Shown here one piece after another: positions 1-8,734 of a DNA stretch of 64,000 nt. A program made the position numbers and the translations under genes. Numbering within the stretch: the stretch's first letter is position 1; the number at the start of each line of letters is the position of its first letter. The DNA comes from an uncultured Candidatus Rokubacteria bacterium (GTDB taxonomy: Bacteria; Methylomirabilota; Methylomirabilia; Rokubacteriales; CSP1-6), in assembly GCA_963754315.1 (NCBI GenBank), contig CAVWFS010000018.1, forward strand, positions 640,001 through 704,000, written 5' to 3'. Under the pieces are notes generated by a model that saw only the letters and a list, made by a program, of their open reading frames with translations, was not told where the DNA came from and did not search any database.

Positions 1-1181
1 CACTTCATGTTCTTCGAGTGAAAGCGCGAGGGCGCATTGAGGAAGTTAGCCGAGCTCTGGCCCAGCCGCCCATAGATCTGCTCCTGGATGGAGGCTCGGT
101 CGATGATCAGGTTGAGGGCCTGGCGGACGGCCGGATCGGTCAAGAAGGGGTGGGTCGTCTTGATGCTGGACCGCTCACCATCGACCTCTTTCCAGGGGTC
201 GGTTTGGTTGCACTGGATGTGCTCGATGTTCCCGGCCACCGCGATGTCGACCCGTCCGCGACCGCCCTGCTCCATGCGCCGTAGGATCTCGTCTTCGACC
301 TGCAAGTTCCAGGCGAAGTCGAATTCCCCCGTTTGAATCACGGCCCGGGCGGCGGAGACGGCGTCACCGCCGCCCTTCATCTCGAGGGTGTCGAAGTAGG
401 GCCGGTTCGGCATGTGGTAGTTCGGGTTGAGCTCGGCCCGGACGATGTCTCCGGGCTTGAAGTCGACGAACTTGTAGGGACCGGTCCCGACCGGCTTGAG
501 GTTGGCGGGCGCCTCACGCGACTTGGCCCCGCGGTAGGCCTCGAACAGGTGCTTCGGGATGATCATGCCGCGGTTGCTGCAGAAGGCCTCCGCCCAGTAG
601 GGCAGCGGCTTCTTAAAGGAGATCTTGAGGGTGTGGGTGTCGATCTTATCGATCCGCTCGATGTCCTTGTAGGAGCCGATGGTGGTGGCGGCGGTGGCAG
701 GGTCGGCTGCGTACTCCCAGTTGAAGACGACGTCGTCAGCCGTGAAGGGCTTGCCGTCGTGCCAGGCCACGTTCTTCTTGAGCCGCCAGGTGACCGAGCG
801 CCCGTCCTTGCTGAGCCCGCCGTTCTGCGTGCTCGGAATCTCGGCGGCGAGGATGGGGACGAGGTTACCGTCGGGATCGTAGGCGGCCAGCGGCTCGTAA
901 AAAATGCGCGAGCCGTCCTGGTCCTTGGTGCCGACTGCGAAGTGGGGATTGAGCAGGGTGGGGGATTGCCACCACAGCACCTTGAGGGCGCCGCCCCCGC
1001 CGCGCTTGGTGGGGGTGAAGACGGGCCTCGGCTGAGCGTGGGCGATGCCCACGGAAGCGAACATCTGGCTCACCATCGGCGCAGTCAGCCCGAGCGCGAG
1101 CATCGTCTCCAGGAAGGAGCGTCGGGGCAGGTGGCCCGCCTTGACCTCCTTCAGGAGTCTACGTAGTTCCTTTTCGTCCAT
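1..1181 (-). CDS. Peptide/oligopeptide ABC transporter substrate-binding protein (family 5), runs off the window start
   Basis: Manual translation from ATG 1181: MDEKELRRLLKEVKAGHLPRRSFLETMLALG (Tat-like RRSFL), then LNPH, WHDGKPFTADDVVF and PVGTGPYKF motifs. GGAGG RBS upstream. Not in the ORF track because the stop lies outside the window. Confidence 0.9.
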   Translation of the reverse strand, partial: MDEKELRRLLKEVKAGHLPRRSFLETMLALGLTAPMVSQMFASVGIAHAQPRPVFTPTKRGGGGALKVLWWQSPTLLNPHFAVGTKDQDGSRIFYEPLAAYDPDGNLVPILAAEIPSTQNGGLSKDGRSVTWRLKKNVAWHDGKPFTADDVVFNWEYAADPATAATTIGSYKDIERIDKIDTHTLKISFKKPLPYWAEAFCSNRGMIIPKHLFEAYRGAKSREAPANLKPVGTGPYKFVDFKPGDIVRAELNPNYHMPNRPYFDTLEMKGGGDAVSAARAVIQTGEFDFAWNLQVEDEILRRMEQGGRGRVDIAVAGNIEHIQCNQTDPWKEVDGERSSIKTTHPFLTDPAVRQALNLIIDRASIQEQIYGRLGQSSANFLNAPSRFHSKNMK

Positions 1182-1289
1182 GTGAGAATCCTCCAGTTGG
1201 GGTAGGTAACGTTGGAGACGGCTCTGTCTATCGTTGCGGTGGCGACCAGGCCACCCTTGTTCCAGAAACGAAGGGAACGGCTCAACGGT

Positions 1290-2318
1290 TCAACCCCGGC
1301 CCTCCAACATCCGTACGGCTACCTCGATGGCCTCGACCATGCTCTCCGCATTGGCGCTGCCCTTCCAGGCCCGGTCGAAGGCGGTGCCGTGGTCGACGGA
1401 CACGCGAAGAAACGGCAGGCCGACGGTGACGTTCACGCCTGACAGCCCGGTCCACCGTCGGCTGGATTCGTCATACGTGAAGCCCAGGGTCTTGACCGGG
1501 ATGTGCCCCTGATCGTGATACATGGCCACGACGATATCAAACTCCCCGCCCCGAGCGCGGGAGAACAGGGTGTCGGCGGGCAAGGGCCCGAAGACGTCAA
1601 GGCCGTTGCTCCGGGCCGCCTCGATGGCGGGAACGATCGAGACCTTCTCCTCGTCGCCGAAGAGGCCGTCCTCGCCCGCGTGAGGATTGAGCCCGCACAC
1701 CGCGATACGCGCTCGCGGACGGCCAAGCCCCTCCATCGTCTGCTGAGCGAGACGGATGGTGCGAAGGACCCGTTCCCGGGTAACCAGGTCCGGCACGCGC
1801 CGAAGGCTCACGTGGGTGGTGACGTGAATCACTCGGAGGTCTTTCCCCAACAACAGCATGGCGTAGTCGCGGGTGTTGGAGAGCTCTGCGAGGATCTCCG
1901 TGTGCCCGGTGTGGGGTAGACCTGCCGCCGCCAAGGCCTCCTTGTTGATGGGGGCTGTCACCATGCCGTCGATCGCGCCCGCCTTGGCCAGGTCGACGGC
2001 GCGCAGGATGTACTCGTGGGCGGCCCGGCCGGCTGCGGCGCTGACCTCGCCGCGAGGCAAGGTCGTCATGTCGACGTTAGCAAGATCGAGGCATTCCAGG
2101 GTCCCGTGGGCCCACCGGCAGGCGGCCACGTCGGTCACCGGGTGCAGGGTGAGCGGGGAGCCGATGAGCCGCAAGGCGTCATGCATGGCCGAGGCGGCGC
2201 CGACGACAACGGGGCGGCTCTGGCTTGCAACCAGGGGCTCCGCGGCAGCTCGGGCAATGATTTCTGGTCCCACACCCGCGGGGTCTCCCATGGTGATGCC
2301 GAGGATCGGGCTTTTCAT
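1290..2318 (-). CDS. pdxA: 4-hydroxythreonine-4-phosphate dehydrogenase family (PdxA/PdxA2)
   Basis: ITMGDPAGVGPE, TAPINKE, GHTE, GLNPHAGE, AMYHDQG and SVDHGTAFD motifs. The adjacent acid-sugar kinase suggests a catabolic PdxA2. Confidence 0.95.
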   Translation of the reverse strand: MKSPILGITMGDPAGVGPEIIARAAAEPLVASQSRPVVVGAASAMHDALRLIGSPLTLHPVTDVAACRWAHGTLECLDLANVDMTTLPRGEVSAAAGRAAHEYILRAVDLAKAGAIDGMVTAPINKEALAAAGLPHTGHTEILAELSNTRDYAMLLLGKDLRVIHVTTHVSLRRVPDLVTRERVLRTIRLAQQTMEGLGRPRARIAVCGLNPHAGEDGLFGDEEKVSIVPAIEAARSNGLDVFGPLPADTLFSRARGGEFDIVVAMYHDQGHIPVKTLGFTYDESSRRWTGLSGVNVTVGLPFLRVSVDHGTAFDRAWKGSANAESMVEAIEVAVRMLEGRG

Positions 2319-3446
2319 GCGTGTGTCTCCCCAGCGGTCGCCTCTGCGGCGAGCGCCACGAACAGATCATCTGGACCGAAGCCGCCAGCCTTGGTCAGTA
2401 TGGGCAGCTGGGGGTGATTCGGGGCACGGACGTAGCCGAGGGCGAGTCCTGGGCGGGGCGCGCCGGCGAGGTCCACCTGCTTACAGCCCAAACTCTCGAG
2501 AAGAGCGACCGCCGTCTCGCCCCCGGTCACTGCAACAAGGTCGATGTCCTCGCGTTCGATAACCCGCCGGGCCTCTTCGGCAAGACGTTTGGCGACCCCT
2601 GGACGATCGCCTTCATCCGTCTCTCCCGTTGTCAGCACGCTCATGCCAGCGGCCGCGGCGACTTCGGTCTGGCGGCGGGTGACGGGATGGAGGCTGCCCG
2701 CCACGATGAGCCAACGCCGGGCGTATGGCATCGGGATTTGTTCGGCGAGAACGCCAAGGCGCTGCGCGAGCGGCCGCGCCAGCCCAGCCGAACCGACGAG
2801 TAGGACTTCGAGCGTCCCCCCGAGCGCGGCGGCCACGAGAGCTTCGAGATCACTGTCTGTCTCGGCGTCGGCGAAGACCACCCTGTCGCTGAGCACGGCT
2901 CAGGCGCTCAACAAGCGGCTTGACGTCTCCGCGCACCACGTCGAGCGGAAGCCAAGCCAGCGGTCGCTGGAACTGAGGGGCTAGCAGCTCGAGCATGTCG
3001 GGGACACGAAGCCTTGTCGTGGCGGGAATCTCGGGAAATTCGGGGTCCAGGCCGATGGTGGTGGCGCTCACCGGCGTTCCGCGTACAAGCAGGACGCGAT
3101 CGACGACGACCCGTCCTTGCGCCGGGAAGGCCGGGCACACGAGGGCGCTGCACACGCCGGCGGCCGACATCAGGGCCTCGACCTCAGCGCCGATCCGGCC
3201 CCGGAGAGTGGAGTCGATCTTCTTGAACAGATGTGTGGCCGGGGCTCGAGCAACGGCCGAGAGGACCCGACGGGCCGATTCACCACCAGCGAGCGCGCGC
3301 GATTCGGTATCGATGACCCGGACCTCTCCAGGGGAAGGAGCCCGCGGCCAGATCGCGAGGGGCACGGAGGATCGTCCTGCGAACAGGGTGCCGGTGTCGC
3401 AGGCGCCGGTGAGATCGTCAGCGACGATCGTCAGCATCGCCGTCAC
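2315..3446 (-). CDS. Four-carbon acid sugar kinase (DUF1537/DtnK-like), interrupted by a +1 frameshift near 2894
   Basis: N-terminal half has IVADDLTGACDTG, KKIDSTLRG and CPAFPAQGR. C-terminal half has VGSAGLA, TGGETA and TKAGGFG. Removing one base near 2894 joins them. The GTG start overlaps the upstream stop. Confidence 0.85.
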
Positions 3447-3772
3447 GGGGCAGGCAGCTCTCCGACCGGGGAGGCACCCGAGGCCGCTCCCGTCCCTTCG
3501 AGGCGCGCGACGATCCGCCCGAGCAAGCCGTGCATCTCGATAAAGACGAGGACGACCTGTCCCAGCACAATAAAGGGAACGCCAGCCAGAACGCCCGACA
3601 GCGCCAGGAAGAAGGCGACCAATGTCACCTCGAAGACCGCGTGACCGGTGATGCCCCCCCACGGCATGTCGATGACGAGGGCCACCGCGGCCAGGAGCAC
3701 GCCGCCGCTGGCGAGCACGAGACCGACGAACACAAGGATACGAGCCCAGAAACGGGTGAAGCTGGGATTCAT
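3443..3772 (-). CDS. Small two-TM hypothetical membrane protein
   Basis: 109 aa ORF with two hydrophobic stretches, coupled to the kinase gene by a GTGA overlap. Confidence 0.65.
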   Translation of the reverse strand: MNPSFTRFWARILVFVGLVLASGGVLLAAVALVIDMPWGGITGHAVFEVTLVAFFLALSGVLAGVPFIVLGQVVLVFIEMHGLLGRIVARLEGTGAASGASPVGELPAP

Positions 3773-3851
3773 AGCGCCCCCGCGGTTGACGACGCCGCCA
3801 TCGATATTAGAGGGTATACTTCGCAGTGTTTCAAGGGACCCGGAGACTCAT

Positions 3852-4514
3852 GTGGGACGCGCGCTCACGTTGCTCGCTTCGCTTGCACTCGCCGGGATCA
3901 TCGTCGTTGCCACCGTGCTGGTGTCCGTGAAGCTGTCGGCCCGAAGCGCGTCAGTGCCGCAGCCCGCACCGGTGGTTGACGGCGGACCGGGGCGGGCTCT
4001 GCAGGAGACCGAGGCTCGCAGTGGAGCGTCGCCCCGGGCGCTCACCTTGAGCGTGGATGCGGCCATGCGGGAGCTGGATCTCATCAAGCCCCCGCGTCCG
4101 ACCCCGGCCGAGGATTTCAGCCTGCCCATGCCGGATGGGCGCACGTTTCGACTGAGCGATCAACGCGGAAAAGTCGTGTTCATCAATTTTTGGGCGACGT
4201 GGTGCCCGCCGTGCCGCGAGGAGATGCCGGCGATGGAGCGGCTCTATGCGGAGCAGAAGAACGGTCCATTCACCATGGTCGCCGTGTCGCTGGACGCGAA
4301 CCCGGCCCTGGTGGGACCGTACGTCGAGCGGGCCCGCTTGACCTTCCCGGTCGCCCTCGATCCCAAGATGGACCTGGCCAATTCCTACGGGGTACGGGCC
4401 CTGCCGGCCAGTTTCGTGGTCGATCCGCGCGGGATGGTGGTCGCGATGGCACTTGGTCCTCGGGCGTGGGACAGCCCGGCAGCGCGCGCCCTGATGGCGG
4501 GGATCGCGCGCTAG
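3852..4514 (+). CDS. TlpA/ResA-family thiol:disulfide oxidoreductase with N-terminal membrane anchor
   Basis: INFWATWCPPCREEMP thioredoxin motif and N-terminal TM. Start chosen at GTG 3852. Confidence 0.9.
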   Translation: MGRALTLLASLALAGIIVVATVLVSVKLSARSASVPQPAPVVDGGPGRALQETEARSGASPRALTLSVDAAMRELDLIKPPRPTPAEDFSLPMPDGRTFRLSDQRGKVVFINFWATWCPPCREEMPAMERLYAEQKNGPFTMVAVSLDANPALVGPYVERARLTFPVALDPKMDLANSYGVRALPASFVVDPRGMVVAMALGPRAWDSPAARALMAGIAR

Positions 4515-4515
4515 C

Positions 4516-5253
4516 ATGGGCGAGTCTGTTGGCGTCCTCGTGGCCCTGAGTGCCGGGCTCTTCTCGTTCCTGTCGCCCTGCGTCCTGCCGCTGTTCCCAT
4601 CCTATCTCTCATTCATCACCGGGATGTCTTTGGCCGACCTCTCGGGGGAGCTGACGGGCGCGGTTCGCCGGCGCGTTCTCTTCAACGCCCTCGCTTTCGT
4701 GGTGGGATTTTCGGTGATCTTCGTGGCCCTGGGCGCCTCCTTCAGCGCGATGGGCCAGATTCTCCTCGACCATCGTGACTGGATCCGGCGCCTCGGGGGC
4801 GCCTTGATTGTCGTTTTCGGTCTGTACATCGCCGGGGTGCTGAAGATCGGCCTCTTCGGACGCAGCACGCAGTGGCAAATCAGAGAGAAGCCGGCCGGTT
4901 ATCTCGGCTCGTTCGCGGTCGGCGTGACCTTTGCGATAGGATGGACGCCCTGCGTGGGGCCGATCCTCGGCGGCATCCTGTCCCTGGCCAGCACCGCCGA
5001 GACCCTGCAGCGTGGCATCGGCCTCCTCATCGCTTACTCGGCCGGGCTCGGGCTGCCGTTTCTGGTGTCGGCGTTCGCTCTGCAGTCATTCCTGCGCTTC
5101 TTCAAGAGCTATCGTCCATACATCCCCGTCGTCGAGCGGGCAGCCGGGGTCGTGATGATCGTGGTTGGGGTGCTCGTCTTCACCAATTATTATGTAGTCC
5201 TCAACTCCTGGGCCATTTCGCTCACGCCCGAATGGTTGCTACGCCGACTATAG
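4516..5253 (+). CDS. ccdA: Cytochrome c biogenesis protein CcdA
   Basis: SFLSPCVLPL and GWTPCVGPILG motifs, multiple TM segments, adjacent to TlpA. Confidence 0.93.
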   Translation: MGESVGVLVALSAGLFSFLSPCVLPLFPSYLSFITGMSLADLSGELTGAVRRRVLFNALAFVVGFSVIFVALGASFSAMGQILLDHRDWIRRLGGALIVVFGLYIAGVLKIGLFGRSTQWQIREKPAGYLGSFAVGVTFAIGWTPCVGPILGGILSLASTAETLQRGIGLLIAYSAGLGLPFLVSAFALQSFLRFFKSYRPYIPVVERAAGVVMIVVGVLVFTNYYVVLNSWAISLTPEWLLRRL

Positions 5254-5345
5254 ACGCTCTGCGGGCCAATGCCGCCCCGAGGCGCTGGGCCCCGATGCGG
5301 ACTGGAGACACGGGGTCGATGCCGACGGTAGGACGCTGAGGTCCG

Positions 5346-6251
5346 GTGCCCGTCCGCGTCCGCGTTCCCGCCACAACCGCGAACCTAGGGCCGGGCTTCG
5401 ACACGCTCGGGTTGGCCCTCGCGTTCCACAACGAAGTAGTCGCGGCGCCGGCCGATGGGGTGACGGTGCGGGTCGAGGGAGAGGGAGCCGGATATCTCCC
5501 GACCGATGAGCGGAACGTGGTGGTCCGTGGCATCCGGCTCGCCTTCGAGGAGGTCGGCCATCCCTTCACGGGCTGCGTGCTCCACTGTCTCAACCGCATT
5601 CCCGCCGCGCGGGGCCTCGGCTCTAGCGCGGCAGCGTGGGTCGGCGGTCTGGTGGCAGGCAACGCCCTGATGGGCTCGCCCCTGTCGACCGAGACCCTCC
5701 TCAAGCTCGCCGCGCGCGCCGAGGGGCATCCCGACAACGTGGCGGCAGCCCTCCTGGGGGGCCTTACGGTTTCCTGCGATGTCGACGGCCGCACCATCGC
5801 CTTGCGACTGCCGGTGCCCTCGGGCTTGCAGTGGATCGTCCTGGTCCCGGAGGTAACTAGCTCGACGGCCGAGGCCCGCTCGGTTCTGCCGGTGACGGTC
5901 CCTCGCTCCGATGCCGTCTTCAATGTGCAGCGAGTGTCGTTACTCCTGGCCGCCCTGCAGGTCGGCCGTGGCGAGGTGCTGGGAACGGCGATGGACGACC
6001 GTTTGCACCAGCCGTATCGCAACCGCCTGTTTCCATGGATGCCACGGGTCACGGAGGCTGCGCGTGCAGCAGGGGCTCTCGGCTGCGTCTTGAGCGGAGC
6101 GGGCCCATCCCTCTTGGCCGTAGTCGGTGACGGGGCCGAGCGCGTCGCCCAGGCGATGGAGACCACGCTTGCCAAGGCGGGCGTGCGGGGTGCCACCAAG
6201 GTGCTCGCCGTCGACGAGGTAGGCGCCATCCTGGTGAGCGGCCCATCGTGA
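5346..6251 (+). CDS. thrB: Homoserine kinase
   Basis: VPATTANLGPGFD, IPAARGLGSSAA, EGHPDNVA and SGAGPS GHMP-kinase motifs. Confidence 0.95.
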   Translation: MPVRVRVPATTANLGPGFDTLGLALAFHNEVVAAPADGVTVRVEGEGAGYLPTDERNVVVRGIRLAFEEVGHPFTGCVLHCLNRIPAARGLGSSAAAWVGGLVAGNALMGSPLSTETLLKLAARAEGHPDNVAAALLGGLTVSCDVDGRTIALRLPVPSGLQWIVLVPEVTSSTAEARSVLPVTVPRSDAVFNVQRVSLLLAALQVGRGEVLGTAMDDRLHQPYRNRLFPWMPRVTEAARAAGALGCVLSGAGPSLLAVVGDGAERVAQAMETTLAKAGVRGATKVLAVDEVGAILVSGPS

Positions 6252-7405
6252 CACGAAGCGAAGCGCCGAGAGCGCCGCGGTCCGGCGTCCTCTCGGACCG
6301 CGAACTGTGGATGGCTGTCCGCGAGGGCTGGATCACGGCCACCGAGCCGATCGCGGACGTGCAGGTCCAGCCGGCCAGTCTCGATCTTCGCCTCGGTGGC
6401 GAGGCATACCAACTGCGCGCCAGCTTTCTGCCGGGGGCGCAGACCGTGCTGGCGCGCTTACGCCAGACGGATTCGGTGGACGACCTCGTGATCGATCGAA
6501 TCTCACTGAATCCCGCCGCCACCTTGCAGCCACGTTCGGTCTACATCGTTCCGCTCGTGGAATCGTTGCAGCTTCCGCGGACCGTGCGGGGTCGCTGCAA
6601 CCCAAAGAGCACCACGGGGCGTCTGGACATTTTCACGCGCGTCATCACCGACGAGACCGAACGCTTCGATGAGGTGCGTCCTGGCTATCACGGGCCCCTG
6701 TACCTTGAGGTCGCGCCTCAGTCGTTTCCCATCCGCCTCCAGGCCGGCGTCTGCCTGAGCCAGTTGCGGCTGCTCGCGGGCTCTCCTGCCCTCTCCGACC
6801 GCGCGTTGAGGCGGCTCTACCGAACCACGCCGCTCCTCTACGACGACGAGGATCGTCCCCTTGCTCTCCGCGAGGTCACGTTCCACGAGGGACTCTGCAT
6901 GAGCATCGATCTCTCCGGTCGCCTGACGAACGGGGTCATCGGTTACCGCGCGCATCCCCATCCTCCCGTGGTGGACCTCAGCCGGCTCGGCTTCTACGAT
7001 CCGACGGAATTCTGGGAGCCCATCAAGCGCCCGAATCGCGACGCCTTCATCCTCGAGGCCGATCGGTTTTACATCCTGCTCTCCAAGGAACGGATTCGCG
7101 TGCCCCCGGAGTTCGCGGCGGAGATGGTCGTCTACGACGCTGGGGCTGGCGAGATCCGCACCCACTATGCGGGATTCTTCGACCCCGGATTCGGTTTCGG
7201 CGATGGCAGCGTGCTGGGGACGAAGGTTGTGATGGAAGTGCGAGCCCGGGAGGTCCCCTTCATGGTCTACGACGGTCAGACCTCTTTTAAGGTCTGGTTC
7301 GAGCGGCTCTGCGGACCACCTGCACGCGTGTACGGTGCCGGCCTGGGATCCTCCTATCAGCACCAGGCGTTGACTCTCAGTAAGCAATTCCGGCGAGTTC
7401 CCTGA
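6248..7405 (+). CDS. dcd: dCTP deaminase (long, two-domain type)
   Basis: QPASLDLRLG, NPKSTTGRLDIF, HYAGFFDPGFG and YQHQALTLSKQF motifs. Confidence 0.88.
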   Translation: MTRSEAPRAPRSGVLSDRELWMAVREGWITATEPIADVQVQPASLDLRLGGEAYQLRASFLPGAQTVLARLRQTDSVDDLVIDRISLNPAATLQPRSVYIVPLVESLQLPRTVRGRCNPKSTTGRLDIFTRVITDETERFDEVRPGYHGPLYLEVAPQSFPIRLQAGVCLSQLRLLAGSPALSDRALRRLYRTTPLLYDDEDRPLALREVTFHEGLCMSIDLSGRLTNGVIGYRAHPHPPVVDLSRLGFYDPTEFWEPIKRPNRDAFILEADRFYILLSKERIRVPPEFAAEMVVYDAGAGEIRTHYAGFFDPGFGFGDGSVLGTKVVMEVRAREVPFMVYDGQTSFKVWFERLCGPPARVYGAGLGSSYQHQALTLSKQFRRVP

Positions 7406-7421
7406 GCGAAGGGCAAAAACG

Positions 7422-7449
7422 TTGCGAGCGCCCCTCGATCAGTTAGAAT
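7422..7449 (+). promoter_or_regulatory. Putative sigma70 promoter of the Pup-like gene
   Basis: TTGCGA (7422-7427), 16 bp spacer, TAGAAT (7444-7449). GGAGG RBS before ATG 7503. Confidence 0.45.
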
Positions 7450-7502
7450 TGCCTTGGGGCGAGGGCGTCCGGCCCCGGGTCGTGGCGCCGAGGGAGGGCA
7501 CT

Positions 7503-7703
7503 ATGGCTGAGCAGAGGAAGAAGGAAACACGACCGACCAAGCCTTCGGAGAACGGCGACGGCGCCGTCGGCAATCCCGAGCTTGCCAAGAAGGGCAAGAA
7601 GATCAAGGAAGACATCGACAAGCTCCTGGACGAGATCGACGACATTCTGGAGGAGAACGCCGAGGAGTTCGTGAAGAGCTACGTCCAGCGAGGGGGCGAG
7701 TAA
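7503..7703 (+). CDS. pup: Prokaryotic ubiquitin-like protein (Pup/UBact family)
   Basis: 66 aa. Disordered N-terminus and C-terminus DKLLDEIDDILEENAEEFVKSYVQRGGE, matching the Pup consensus (LLDEIDxxLEENAExFVxxYVQKGG[QE]). Confidence 0.9.
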   Translation: MAEQRKKETRPTKPSENGDGAVGNPELAKKGKKIKEDIDKLLDEIDDILEENAEEFVKSYVQRGGE

Positions 7704-7706
7704 CCG

Positions 7707-7919
7707 ATGCCGATCTACGAATACCGTTGTCGGGGCTGCACGAAGGACTTCGAAAAGTACCTGCACTCGGCCGCGGTGGCCGTGGCATGCCCCTCGTGCG
7801 CGAGCTCCGACGTGATGCGCAAGCTTTCCGTCTTCGGCCTCAAGAGCGACGGCGCTCCCGTGGCGTCCACGGTCCAGGGGGGCGGGGGCTGCTGCGGCGG
7901 GGGATGTTCCTGCCACTGA
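7707..7919 (+). CDS. FmdB-family zinc-ribbon protein
   Basis: MPIYEYRCxxC...CPSC plus a C-terminal GGGCCGGGCSCH tail. Confidence 0.9.
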   Translation: MPIYEYRCRGCTKDFEKYLHSAAVAVACPSCASSDVMRKLSVFGLKSDGAPVASTVQGGGGCCGGGCSCH

Positions 7920-7989
7920 GCGCTCATCGGGCCACCGCTGCGCGCGGCTGAGACGTCGCGCGCTACCCACCAGTTCGTCCCTCTTCCTG

Positions 7990-8220
7990 ATGGAGTTGCA
8001 CCGACTCGAGATCTTCGCCAAGGTTGCCGAGCGAGGAAGTTTCTCACGCGCTGCCGAGGCGCTGTTCTGGGCTGCCCCTTCTCGATCGGCAGCGGCGCGA
8101 CTCCTACTCGGGCTGGACGGGGGGAGTACGTGCTTCCAGCCCTCGTGGGGCGGTTCAAGCGCAAGTACCCCGCTAGCTCCGTTTGCCTCCTGATCGAGAC
8201 GCAGTCGGAGGTCGGCGGGC
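7990..8220 (+). pseudogene. Remnant of a LysR-family regulator with internal deletions
   Basis: Collinear LysR fragments in three frames: MELHRLEIFAKVAERGSFSRAAEALF, GLPLLDR, and ATPTRAG followed by GEYVLPALVGRFKRKYP. Confidence 0.8.
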
Positions 8221-8523
8221 CTAGCTGGAGCTCTCCGCGATTGGCGGCGTCTCGCGGTGGTGCCGGCTGGCCTGGGTGCTTCGGAGGACGGCGATCAGGC
8301 GCTGCTTCAGTTCGGGGGGAACGGGAGGGGCCTCGGCGAGAGTCCGCACCGCCTTGACGGTGCTCCGGAAGGTGTTCAGAAACGCCACGCAGGGTCCGCA
8401 ACCGTCGATGTGCCAGTCGATCAGCTCCCGCGTCGCCGGTGGGAGCCGGCCCTCCACATAGTCCGTCAGGAGTTCGGCGATCTGCCGACACTCGATTCCC
8501 GCGGACTCTGGCTGCTCGCTCAT
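8221..8523 (-). CDS. zf-HC2 (ZAS anti-sigma-like) zinc-finger protein
   Basis: ECRQIAELLTDYVEGRL...HIDGCGPC (Hx3Cx2C), 100 aa from ATG 8523. Confidence 0.85.
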   Translation of the reverse strand: MSEQPESAGIECRQIAELLTDYVEGRLPPATRELIDWHIDGCGPCVAFLNTFRSTVKAVRTLAEAPPVPPELKQRLIAVLRSTQASRHHRETPPIAESSS

Positions 8524-8668
8524 GGGGCACACTATACCCAGATGCGTCTCCGACCGCGCGAGATTCTCGGAAACGTGGACGGCGGCCCGGACGCCCGGTA
8601 TGCTCCGCAGGGGGAGGTCGTATCCGCGCACGGCCCGCTTCCTTTCACCCAGAAACCGTAGCCGTCCG

Positions 8669-8697
8669 TTGACGGCGCCCCGACCCGGTTCGATAAT
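8669..8697 (+). promoter_or_regulatory. Putative sigma70 promoter of the moxR operon
   Basis: TTGACG (8669-8674), 17 bp spacer, GATAAT (8692-8697). AAGGAG RBS before ATG 8735. Confidence 0.6.
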
Positions 8698-8734
8698 GAC
8701 GGCATCGCGGCCCGCGCCACCATAAGGAGACTCC

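Noticed and set aside
1290..3446. PdxA plus DUF1537 kinase as a novel pathway
   Set aside because: It matches the established four-carbon acid sugar (threonate/erythronate) catabolic pairing.
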